Both the position numbers and the translations under genes were made by a program. This document shows positions 49,752 to 58,342 of a stretch of DNA of 64,000 bases, piece after piece. The stretch lies in NCBI GenBank assembly GCA_944387895.1, contig CALXGQ010000008.1, positions 21,921 to 85,920 on the forward strand, in the 5' to 3' direction. Under the pieces are notes generated by a model. It made no database searches and was not told the origin of the DNA. It saw only the letters and a program-made list of their open reading frames with translations. Each line of letters opens with the position of its first letter. Positions within the stretch are counted from its first letter, which is position 1. The stretch is from an uncultured Clostridia bacterium (GTDB lineage: Bacteria > Bacillota > Clostridia > Oscillospirales > QAKW01).

Positions 49752-50505
49752 AAATTTTGTCCGCCCTTTCGTTCAGTTCCCGCTGCGCCTTGAACCAGCC
49801 AAAATACCCGAAAGTCGGCGCACATTTCCGGCAAACAAAGGCATAGTAGCCGTTTCGCTCCAGAGCCGGATCCTCCAGATAGTCCAGAGCCTGCTGAAGA
49901 GCCTGCTCGATCAGAGCGTCGCCCTCCCCCATTTTCTCAAAAAGCTCCGCCACATTCATCAGCGTAACCGCGATCTCCAGACCGCCGCCCGGTTTCAGGC
50001 TCATGATATCAATGGCATTTTGATAACAGTCCAGCGCCTCATCGAAGCGCTTCAGATCCGCCAGCGCCAGAGCATAGTTATTATAAAAGCCGCCCCAGAG
50101 CGGATCATGCTCCTTTAACGACGCGGCATAGCAGGCCTGCGCCTTCTCGTAATAGGGGATGGCTTCCTCCGCCGCGCCAAAGGCTTTCAGCGTTGTGGCG
50201 CCGTTGAGATAAAACGTCCCCGCCGCCGATCCGGAAAGACCCAGCTCTTCTACCAGCTCAAAGCCCCGCCAAACCGCGGCAAGGCCGCCTTTCCGATCCC
50301 CGATCCTGCGGCTGAAGCCCATGATCTCGCTCTGGATCGCCACTTCTCCCCGCAGATCGCCGGTGCGGCGCGCTTCGTCCCGCCAGTATTCCAAAAGCCG
50401 GTGGGCGCTTTCATAATCCTCCCGATTCAAATAAGCGTCCAGCTTATCGATCACCGAGCGGATTGGGATCCGCTCACGGGAGAGATCCTCTCGTTCAAAA
50501 TTCAT
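49738..50505 (-). CDS. tetratricopeptide repeat protein
   Basis: Repeated TPR helices (YLNGATT, FYNNYALA, TLMNVAE); start MNFERE overlaps the nspC end. Confidence 0.82.
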   Translation of the reverse strand: MNFEREDLSRERIPIRSVIDKLDAYLNREDYESAHRLLEYWRDEARRTGDLRGEVAIQSEIMGFSRRIGDRKGGLAAVWRGFELVEELGLSGSAAGTFYLNGATTLKAFGAAEEAIPYYEKAQACYAASLKEHDPLWGGFYNNYALALADLKRFDEALDCYQNAIDIMSLKPGGGLEIAVTLMNVAELFEKMGEGDALIEQALQQALDYLEDPALERNGYYAFVCRKCAPTFGYFGWFKAQRELNERADKIYEGA

Positions 50506-51742
50506 GGTATCGCCGCCCTTCTCCCAGATCCCCGCCGCCCAGCCGGGAAAGAAAATCATCATACCCAAAGGATTTCAGGCAGATCAGCTTCCCATCAGCC
50601 GTTCGTTTCCAAAGCGCCGGTAACGGAATGCCGTTGAAGGTATTGTTTTTGCAGGTGGTGTAAATCGCCATATCGCCAAACAAAAGAAGATCCTTTTCCT
50701 TCAGCGCACGGGGAAAAGAATAGGAACCAATCACATCTCCCGCCAGACAGGTCGGCCCGGCAAGGCGATAGGACGCGCCTTCTGAAGAATCCTGCTGCGC
50801 TCCGTAAACCGGCGGCGTATAGGGCATTTCGATCACATCCGGCATATGGCAGGCTGCGCTGACATCCAGAACCGCCGTTTTGATTCCGTCGTTTTCAACA
50901 AGATCCAGAACACGCGCCGCCAGATATCCGGCGTTGAGCGCCACCGCCTCACCCGGCTCAAGATAGACCTGCACGCCCCAGTCCCTCCGGGCCGAGGAAA
51001 TACAGTTTTCCAGAAGCTCGATATCGTAGTCCTCCCGGGTGATATGATGGCCGCCGCCCATATTCAGCCAGCTCATCCCCGGAAGAACATCGCCAAACTT
51101 TTCGCGCACAGCCGCAAGGGTTCGCGCCAGATCGTCGGCGTTCTGCTCGCAAAGCGTATGAAAATGAAGGCCGTCCAGCAGGGAGATCAGGCCGCCCGTC
51201 ATCTGGCGATCCCATTGTTCCCGCGTTGTGCCGAGGCGGCTGCCGGGAGCGCAGGGGTCATATAGTTCATGCCCCTCCTGCGTCGAACATTCCGGATTGA
51301 TCCGCAGACCGATGCTTTTCCCCGCTGCTTTCGCCTTTTCGCCGAATTTCCGCAGCTGCGCCGGCGAATTGAAGACAATATGATCCGCATAAGCAAGCAG
51401 AGCGTCCAATTCCGCCTCCGTATAGGCGGCGCAAAAGACATGAACCTCCCCCGCCGGCATTTTCTCTTTCCCCAGGCGCGCTTCATAAAGACCGCTGGCC
51501 TCGGTACCGGAAAGATAGCGGGAAAGAAGCGGATAAAAATCGTAATTTGAAAAGGCCTTTTGCGCCAACAGTATTTTACAGCCGGTTCTCTCCGCCAGAG
51601 AGCGAAGAATCTCCCCGTTTCTGATCAGAGCGGCTTCGTCGATGATATAGCATGGCGTAGGCAGGCCGGAAAACAGCGTTTCCGGATCGCTCCCCCCCAG
51701 GGCGGAAAAGACCGGGCGCATATCCTTGGCTCCCTTCATCAC
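50495..51742 (-). CDS. nspC: carboxy(nor)spermidine decarboxylase
   Basis: TPCYIIDE, LAQKAF (PLP lysine), GLHFH, GGGHH, EPGE, GPTCLAGD and NNTFNG. Confidence 0.93.
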   Translation of the reverse strand: MMKGAKDMRPVFSALGGSDPETLFSGLPTPCYIIDEAALIRNGEILRSLAERTGCKILLAQKAFSNYDFYPLLSRYLSGTEASGLYEARLGKEKMPAGEVHVFCAAYTEAELDALLAYADHIVFNSPAQLRKFGEKAKAAGKSIGLRINPECSTQEGHELYDPCAPGSRLGTTREQWDRQMTGGLISLLDGLHFHTLCEQNADDLARTLAAVREKFGDVLPGMSWLNMGGGHHITREDYDIELLENCISSARRDWGVQVYLEPGEAVALNAGYLAARVLDLVENDGIKTAVLDVSAACHMPDVIEMPYTPPVYGAQQDSSEGASYRLAGPTCLAGDVIGSYSFPRALKEKDLLLFGDMAIYTTCKNNTFNGIPLPALWKRTADGKLICLKSFGYDDFLSRLGGGDLGEGRRYHEF

Positions 51743-52998
51743 TCCACCAGCTCAGGCGCATGGCTTTCCCGCCTGGGAAGGCCGTATTTTTCCAGCGCTT
51801 CAAGGAAGGGATCGGGGTCAAATTCTTCGACGTTGTAAACGCCCGGCTTTTTCCATTTCCCGGTGAGCAGCATCATCGCTCCGCACATGGCCGGGACGCC
51901 GGTCGTATAGCTGATCGCCTGGCTCCCGACCTCCCGATAACATTCCTGATGGTCGCACACGTTATAAATATAATACGTTTTTTCCTTGCCGTCTTTTTTC
52001 CCGGTAAAGATACAGCCGATGTTGGTTTTTCCGCGGGTGCGGGGGCCGAGGCTGGCAGGATCCGGAAGAAGCGCCTTGAGAAACTTGATCGGCACGATTT
52101 CATGCCCTTCAAAAAGAACCGGCGTCGTTGAAAGCATCCCGACGTTCTCCAGGCATTTCATATGGGTCAGATAGCTTTGCCCAAAGGTCATGAAAAACCG
52201 GATCCGCTTTACGCCGGGGATATGGAGAGCAAGAGATTCGATCTCTTCGTGATGAAGAAGATACATATCCTTTTCGCCCACGTCGTCGAAATCGTATTCC
52301 CGCTTGATACTCATGGCGGGGATTTCGATCCAGCAGCCGTTTTCCCAATAGCTGCCGGGGGCGGAAACCTCCCGGAGATTGACCTCCGGATTGAAATTGG
52401 TTGCAAAGGGATAGCCGTGATCTCCCCCGTTGCAATCCAGGATATCGATGGTTTCAATCTCGTCGAATTCATGCTTCAGGGCATATGCGCAGTAGGCCTG
52501 CGTCACGCCCGGATCAAAGCCGCAGCCCAGCAGCGCGGTAAGACCCGCTTTTTTGAATTTTTCCTGATAGGCCCATTGCCAGCTATAATCAAAATATGCC
52601 GAAAAGCCCGCTTCCCTGCACCGCTTCTCGTAGATCACACGCCATGCCGGATCATCGGTATCTTCCGGCTCATAATTGGCCGTATCCATATAGTCCACGC
52701 CGCAGGCGAGGCAGGCGTCCATAATGGCAAGATCCTGATACGGGAGGGCGATATTCATCACAAGCTCCGGCTTATAGGATTGAATGAGCGCGATGACTTC
52801 CTCCGGATGATCCGCATCGACCTGCGCCGTCGTTATTTTGGTTTTGGTTTTTCCTTTCAGTTCTTCAGCAAGGGCTTCGCATCTGGAAAGGGTTCTGCTG
52901 GCGATGCAAAGCTCGGTAAAAATCTCGCTTGCCTGGCAGCATTTTCTGATTGCAACGGACGCAACGCCGCCGCAGCCGATCACCAATACTCTGCTCAT
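51739..52998 (-). CDS. carboxy(nor)spermidine dehydrogenase (saccharopine dehydrogenase family)
   Basis: GCGGVA Rossmann motif, ALPYQD, DTANYE, GFDPG and ATNFNPE; adjacent to nspC. Confidence 0.92.
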   Translation of the reverse strand: MSRVLVIGCGGVASVAIRKCCQASEIFTELCIASRTLSRCEALAEELKGKTKTKITTAQVDADHPEEVIALIQSYKPELVMNIALPYQDLAIMDACLACGVDYMDTANYEPEDTDDPAWRVIYEKRCREAGFSAYFDYSWQWAYQEKFKKAGLTALLGCGFDPGVTQAYCAYALKHEFDEIETIDILDCNGGDHGYPFATNFNPEVNLREVSAPGSYWENGCWIEIPAMSIKREYDFDDVGEKDMYLLHHEEIESLALHIPGVKRIRFFMTFGQSYLTHMKCLENVGMLSTTPVLFEGHEIVPIKFLKALLPDPASLGPRTRGKTNIGCIFTGKKDGKEKTYYIYNVCDHQECYREVGSQAISYTTGVPAMCGAMMLLTGKWKKPGVYNVEEFDPDPFLEALEKYGLPRRESHAPELVE

Positions 52999-53879
52999 TC
53001 TGAAACTCTCCTTTTTCTCCTGTTTTTTCCAATTGCCAAAATCAGCTCCCGCACCGTTTTGCAGGCGGCGGCCGTTGAAGCGCCGCTGGCGTCAAGGCCG
53101 GGCGCAAGCTCTGTTACATCGGCGGCGATCACATTGGTTTCCGCCACAGTCGTGATCGCGTCCGAAAGCGCGGGAAAATCAACGCCTCCCGCCTCCGGCG
53201 TCCCGGTTCCACAGAACATGGAAGGGTCGAGGCAGTCTAGATCAATGGTAAAATAGACCGGCGTATCCTCCTGCTTCAAACGTCTGCAAAGCGCCTCCAG
53301 ACCGTCAAAATTAAATTTATGAAGATCCGTATGAGCGGCGGCAAAATCAAATTCCGCCCGTTCTCCGCTGCGGATACAGAATTGATGTATCCTGTTGTCG
53401 CCCAGAATCTCATAGCAACGGCGGATCACCGCGGCATGGCTGAGTTTTGCGCCAAGGTACTGATCCCGCAGATCGGCATGCGCGTCAAAGTGAATGAGAT
53501 GGAGATCGGGATACCGCCCTGCCGCCGCCCGCAGAGCGCCCAGCGTAACCAGATGCTCGCCGCCGATCAGAAGCGGGAACTTATGATCCCGCAGTATATC
53601 AGTAGCGCAGTTCTCGATGTCTGCCAGCGCCAGCTCCGGCGAACCGAAGCACAGCTCCAGATCACCCCGGTCAAAAACGCGGTAATCCTCCAGATCCTCG
53701 TTCTGATAAGGGCTGTATGTTTCCAGCCCGAAGCTCTCGTGCCTTATCGCAGCGGAGCCGAACCGGGCCCCGGGACGAAAACTCGTTGTTGAATCAAAGG
53801 GCGCGCCGAACAGGACCATATCGGCGTCCTCATAGCTGCTTTCGCAGCCGATGAAGGTTTCTATATTCTTTTCCATCAT
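52995..53879 (-). CDS. speB: agmatinase (ureohydrolase)
   Basis: GAPFD, GGEH, DAHAD, DLDCLDP and GTGTPE. Confidence 0.93.
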   Translation of the reverse strand: MMEKNIETFIGCESSYEDADMVLFGAPFDSTTSFRPGARFGSAAIRHESFGLETYSPYQNEDLEDYRVFDRGDLELCFGSPELALADIENCATDILRDHKFPLLIGGEHLVTLGALRAAAGRYPDLHLIHFDAHADLRDQYLGAKLSHAAVIRRCYEILGDNRIHQFCIRSGERAEFDFAAAHTDLHKFNFDGLEALCRRLKQEDTPVYFTIDLDCLDPSMFCGTGTPEAGGVDFPALSDAITTVAETNVIAADVTELAPGLDASGASTAAACKTVRELILAIGKNRRKRRVSE

Positions 53880-54730
53880 TTCTCCACCTCCATCAGCATA
53901 TTCTCAAGGAAAGCCGGCAGGTAAAAGGCGCCAACATGAAGTTTTGTCGTATAATATTTTGTTTCCAGCCCGAGCTTTTTCCAGCGTTCTGCATCCAGAT
54001 CGTCGATGGGATGATACTTTTTGCTGGAAAAGCCGAAAAGCCAATATCCGGCGGCATAGGTTGGGATATGAGCCTGATAGACGCGACTGACAGGAAAGAG
54101 ATCCGCGATCCGCTGATGGCTTCTCTGCATCGCCTCGGCGTCGTGCTTGAAAAACGGGCTGCCCTGCTGGTTGACCATGATGCCGTCCTCACGGAGAGCA
54201 TTATAGCAAATCCCATAAAATTCCAGCGTAAAATAGCCCTCGGAAGGGCCGAAGGGATCGGTGGAATCCACGATGATCAAATCATATTCTTCCTTCCGCC
54301 GCCGGATAAAGCGCAGGGCGTTATCAAAATAGATATGCACGCGGTGATCATCGAGTTTGCTGGCATTTTCCGGCAGATACATCCGGCAGGCTTCAAGAAC
54401 CATGGGATCCATTTCCACCAGATCAATACGCCGCACGCTTCCGTAGCGCGCAAGCTCCTTGACAACGCCGCCGTCGCCGGCGCCGATGACCAGAACGTCC
54501 CTGATATCGGGATGAACCGCCATGGGAATATGGGTGATCATTTCATCATAGATAAACTCGTCCCGCTCTGTCAGGACAACATTGCCGTCCAGCGTGAGAA
54601 CGCGGCCAAATTCCGGCGTTTCAAAAATGTCGATGCGCTGAAAATCGCTTTGCTCCGAATAGAGATGGCGGTTGACGCGAATACTGTGCTTAACATCGGG
54701 GGCATGAAACTCACTAAACCAAATTTCCAT
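53876..54730 (-). CDS. speE: polyamine aminopropyltransferase
   Basis: WFSE, DEFIYDEM, VLVIGAGDGG and IIVDSTDP; GAAAGGA RBS upstream of ATG 54730. Confidence 0.93.
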   Translation of the reverse strand: MEIWFSEFHAPDVKHSIRVNRHLYSEQSDFQRIDIFETPEFGRVLTLDGNVVLTERDEFIYDEMITHIPMAVHPDIRDVLVIGAGDGGVVKELARYGSVRRIDLVEMDPMVLEACRMYLPENASKLDDHRVHIYFDNALRFIRRRKEEYDLIIVDSTDPFGPSEGYFTLEFYGICYNALREDGIMVNQQGSPFFKHDAEAMQRSHQRIADLFPVSRVYQAHIPTYAAGYWLFGFSSKKYHPIDDLDAERWKKLGLETKYYTTKLHVGAFYLPAFLENMLMEVEK

Positions 54731-54824
54731 TGTTGACCTGCATTTTCCTTTCCGGCGCATAAACGCCCTGCCTGCTCCCCCAGCGCTGCGCCGGAGAGAT
54801 CAAAGGGCGGAAGGGCCGGAAACG

Positions 54825-56273
54825 CTAAGCCAGAACATTGATGTTCTGGATATCGGGATCTTCCGGTCCGGTCATTGAGCAGCCTTTGATCTTTGCATAT
54901 TGAATATAATCGAGTATTTCCTGGGTAATTCTTTCGCCCGGCGCAAGAATCGGAATGCCGGGGGGATAGCACATCACAAACTCCGAGCAGACGCAGCCTG
55001 CGCTCTCGGCGATGGGGACGCTTTTCTTCTTTGCGTAAAACGCCTCCTGCGGACTGGCGACCACTTCCGGGTCAATATATTCCTGAGAAAGAAGGCCGCT
55101 GGGGTCCTTCTGGTACCGGCGGCGGATCTCGGCCAGCGCGCTCACAAGACGTTCCAGCTCCTGCGATCGGTCGCCCATAGAAAGATAGGCAAGAATATTG
55201 CCGATATCGCCGAATTCGATCTGAATGTCATAATCGTCCCGCAGGATATCGTAAACCTCGATCCCTGCAAGCCCTATATCTCTGGTATGAACGCTCAGCT
55301 TGGTGGGATCAAAATCATAAATGGAATCTCCGTTTATGAGCTCTTTGCCAAAGGCATAATATCCGCCGATCGCATTGATTTCTTCCCGGGCATATTCTGC
55401 CATTTCAACCACTTTTTCAAAAACAGCTTTTCCCCGCTGAACAAGGTTCCTGCGGCTGATATCCAGGCTGGACATCAGAAGATAGCTGGCCGAGGTCGTC
55501 TGGGTGAGATTGATGATCTGCCGCACATAGCCCGGGTTGATATTTTCTCCCGTCAGCAGCAGGCTGGACTGCGTCAGGCTTCCGCCGCTCTTATGCATGG
55601 ATACCGAGGACATATCGGCGCCGGCCGACATCGCCGAAACCGGCATGTTTTCGCCAAAATAGAAATGGGTTCCATGGGCTTCGTCTGCAAGACAGAGCAT
55701 CCCGGCCTGATGGGCCATATCGACGATCGCGCGGATATCGGAGCAAACGCCGTAATAGGTCGGATTATTCACCAGAACCGCCACGGCGTCCGGGTGTTCC
55801 GCAATCGCCCTGGCCACCTGCTCCCGCTGCATCCCCAGAGAGATGCCGAGATTCACGTCTACCGCCGGATTGACATAAACCGGAACCGCTCCGCAGATGA
55901 CCAGCGCATTGATAACGCTCCGGTGGACGTTGCGGGGCAGAATGATTTTATCGCCACGCTTGCAGGCGGAGAGCACCATGCACTGAACCGAGCTGGTGGT
56001 GCCGCCCACCATCAGAAAGGCATGCGCGGCGCCAAAGGCTTCCGCCGCCAGCATCTCCGCATCGCGGATGACGGAGATGGGATGGCAGAGATTGTCAAGA
56101 GGCTTCATGCTGTTGACATCGATGCTTACGCACTTTTCCCCCAGAAAGGCGGTGAGCTCCGGATTGCCCCTTCCGTGCTTATGGCCTGGAACATCAAAGG
56201 GCACCACCCGCATCTCTCTGAATTTTTGCAGCGCTTCATAGATCGGCGCTCTGTTCTGATCCAATTTTTCCAT
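54825..56273 (-). CDS. speA: arginine/lysine/ornithine decarboxylase (AAT fold), probably arginine decarboxylase
   Basis: FDVPGHK, GGTTS, PRNVH, DEAHG, SMHK (PLP lysine), YPPGIP; first gene of the polyamine operon. Confidence 0.88.
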   Translation of the reverse strand: MEKLDQNRAPIYEALQKFREMRVVPFDVPGHKHGRGNPELTAFLGEKCVSIDVNSMKPLDNLCHPISVIRDAEMLAAEAFGAAHAFLMVGGTTSSVQCMVLSACKRGDKIILPRNVHRSVINALVICGAVPVYVNPAVDVNLGISLGMQREQVARAIAEHPDAVAVLVNNPTYYGVCSDIRAIVDMAHQAGMLCLADEAHGTHFYFGENMPVSAMSAGADMSSVSMHKSGGSLTQSSLLLTGENINPGYVRQIINLTQTTSASYLLMSSLDISRRNLVQRGKAVFEKVVEMAEYAREEINAIGGYYAFGKELINGDSIYDFDPTKLSVHTRDIGLAGIEVYDILRDDYDIQIEFGDIGNILAYLSMGDRSQELERLVSALAEIRRRYQKDPSGLLSQEYIDPEVVASPQEAFYAKKKSVPIAESAGCVCSEFVMCYPPGIPILAPGERITQEILDYIQYAKIKGCSMTGPEDPDIQNINVLA

Positions 56274-56284
56274 CTCTTCTCCTC

Positions 56285-56678
56285 ACAAAAAAAGTACAAG
56301 CCGGCATTGATGCAGCTTGTACTTCTCACACTTGATCCATTAGATATGAATTCAGGTTGAAAAACATCCACTCTCCCCGACAAACAGAAAGAAGCGGATT
56401 TCTTCATACCTTCATATAAAATTCATGATTGGCTTTTACAGAGTCTTCATAGCAATGAAATTCTACTACTCTTTATTGACCGTTTCACAAGTCTGCGCTT
56501 ACTGCACATGCGGTTATAAAGTAACCAACTTATAAAATTTGAGCTTCTAACTCAATCAATAAATTAAGACGGTTTCCCGTCAATCGGCAGAGACTTCTCA
56601 GATGTCCGTCCGAACTTTACTCTGAATCCAGAGTGTCTGATAAATTGCTTGTATGACTCTGTTTTAGACTCATAACTT
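56285..56678 (-). ncRNA. ~400-nt structured cis-regulatory leader with a terminal intrinsic terminator (candidate ldcC-motif-like RNA)
   Basis: Lies between a perfect sigmaA promoter and speA. Contains many hairpins (ACTCTG/CAGAGT, GACGG-GAAA-CCGTC, TTTATTGA/TCAATAAA) and a terminator AAGTACAAGC/GCTTGTACTT with a U run just before the RBS. Confidence 0.65.
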
Positions 56679-56683
56679 TAATT

Positions 56684-56712
56684 ATTATAAAAGAAACATC
56701 AGATTTTGTCAA
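56684..56712 (-). promoter_or_regulatory. sigmaA promoter of the polyamine operon
   Basis: Perfect TTGACA-17 nt-TATAAT on the minus strand. Confidence 0.88.
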
Positions 56713-57025
56713 TACGTTTCAGCAAGAATTTTGCGCCCGGCAAGCGGCGTTTTCCCCACGATCAGCATAACAAACATCCGAATGAGAAAAGAGCGAGAAG
56801 TACAAAAAGAAACGTCCATTTTCCAAAGGAAAATTACCGCTTCTCTTTGGTGCGAGGGATTTTATAGGATTTGCCCGCAAACGCAGTAGCGGCAGGGATT
56901 TTGGCTGCGCCGAAGGCGCAATATCGAAAAATAATGAGCCAAAAACGTTATGAGGTCGTTTACAACCGAATCGCCGACGTGAATGTGCCTTTTTGCGAAA
57001 GAGGAGCGGCAGCCGATATCGTGAA

Positions 57026-57070
57026 GCCGCTTTTTTTACAAAAAAAGCGGCGAACCAAAAGGCTCGCCGC
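57026..57070 (-). terminator. terminator after tRNA-Leu with an overlapping second hairpin
   Basis: GCGGCGAGCC-TTTT-GGTTCGCCGC followed by a U7 run; an alternative stem GCCGC-T7/A7-GCGGC overlaps it. Confidence 0.7.
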
Positions 57071-57074
57071 GACG

Positions 57075-57160
57075 TGGTGCCGGTGGTGGGACTTGAACCC
57101 ACACGGTGTTGCCACCAACGGATTTTGAGTCCGCATCGTCTGCCATTCCGACACACCGGC
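57075..57160 (-). tRNA. tRNA-Leu(CAA)
   Basis: GCCGGTGTGTCGGAATGGCAGACG...anticodon loop CTCAAAA, long variable arm, GGTTCAAGTCC, encoded CCA. Confidence 0.97.
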
Positions 57161-57177
57161 TTATAACAACGTATTTA

Positions 57178-57206
57178 ATTATATGCGATCCCCTTCAAAA
57201 AATCAA
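57178..57206 (-). promoter_or_regulatory. sigmaA promoter of tRNA-Leu
   Basis: TTGATT-17 nt-TATAAT on the minus strand. Confidence 0.7.
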
Positions 57207-57264
57207 GGGTAATTTTTAAAATATCCGATTTTCTCTTTGTTTTCAGTATGAAGTGACGCCGTAT

Positions 57265-57296
57265 AAAAAGGGCACAGGCTCAGCCTGTGCCCTTTT
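57265..57296 (-). terminator. terminator of the carbohydrate ABC cluster
   Basis: AAAAGGGCACAGGCT/AGCCTGTGCCCTTTT palindrome. Confidence 0.85.
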
Positions 57297-57318
57297 CTTA
57301 TTTGACCATTCGGTTCTT

Positions 57319-58323
57319 TTAGCCGACGATACCGCTGCGGGCGATCGATTCTGTAAACTTCTTCTGCAAGATAATAAAGGTGATCAGCAGAGGAGCGATA
57401 TACAAAATGATGCCGGAGCGCAGAATGGGATAAAGCGATATCGGATCCTGAGAGGAATAAGCTCCGCCATAGCCCGTCATAATGCCATGCATGTTGCTCA
57501 AAACAGACGGTAGCGTATCTACATTAGGCAGGAACATCGGTACGGTATAATAATCGTTCCAGTACCAGACGATACAGAACAAAAAGACCGTAGTAAACGC
57601 GGGGATCGCGTTGGGAACCAGGATCCGCAGGAACGTGCGCATTGCGCCGCATCCATCGATATAGGCGGCCTCCTCCAGCTCCTTGGGAAATCCGCTGAAG
57701 AACTGACGGTATACGAAAATGAACAAGCCGCTCTTCAAACCGGATGCAAACAAAGCCGGTAGAATGAAGCACCAAAGAGAGTCTGTAAGCTCAAAATACG
57801 GTTCGCTGATCCAGCCTACCGCGTGCATGGCGGTAGCCATATAAAGAGGATCAAATTGCCGGAAATTGGTATACAGAGCGGTCATGATCGTGGACGGCGG
57901 AACAATAATCGTCAGCAGTACCAGGAAAAAGAGAACACCCTTCCCGCGGAATTTAAACCGCGCAAATCCATATCCTGCCAAAGCGCAGGAACAAACCTGC
58001 AGAATCGTTGGCCAGAAGGATACGTTAAAGGTATTCTTCAGAGAAGTGGAAAAATCCAGAACCTGCCAGGCGCTCTTGAAATTCTCAAGCGTGAAATGCT
58101 TGGGGATATAGATGATCGTCGTATCATACATATCCTGCTGCGTCCGGATCGCCTGGGAAAAACTGTAGATCAGAGGGTATAAAATAATATAGGACAGACC
58201 AATCAAAATCAAGGCAATAGCCAAGCTGGTGATAAACCGGGTAAGCACATAGCCCCACATTCTTTTATCAGCTTTTTTGCGGTTTTTGCCGAATTGATGT
58301 TTGAATGCTTTAATTAACTGCAT
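57319..58323 (-). CDS. carbohydrate ABC transporter permease (MalG-like)
   Basis: AGYGFARFKF, EAA motif ELEEAAYIDG and WYWNDY. Confidence 0.92.
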   Translation of the reverse strand: MQLIKAFKHQFGKNRKKADKRMWGYVLTRFITSLAIALILIGLSYIILYPLIYSFSQAIRTQQDMYDTTIIYIPKHFTLENFKSAWQVLDFSTSLKNTFNVSFWPTILQVCSCALAGYGFARFKFRGKGVLFFLVLLTIIVPPSTIMTALYTNFRQFDPLYMATAMHAVGWISEPYFELTDSLWCFILPALFASGLKSGLFIFVYRQFFSGFPKELEEAAYIDGCGAMRTFLRILVPNAIPAFTTVFLFCIVWYWNDYYTVPMFLPNVDTLPSVLSNMHGIMTGYGGAYSSQDPISLYPILRSGIILYIAPLLITFIILQKKFTESIARSGIVG

Positions 58324-58342
58324 ATTGTTATTCCCTCCTTTC

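Noticed and set aside
56719-57156. 145-aa and 64-aa ORFs overlapping tRNA-Leu
   Set aside because: They start inside the tRNA gene and run through terminator palindromes, so they are spurious.
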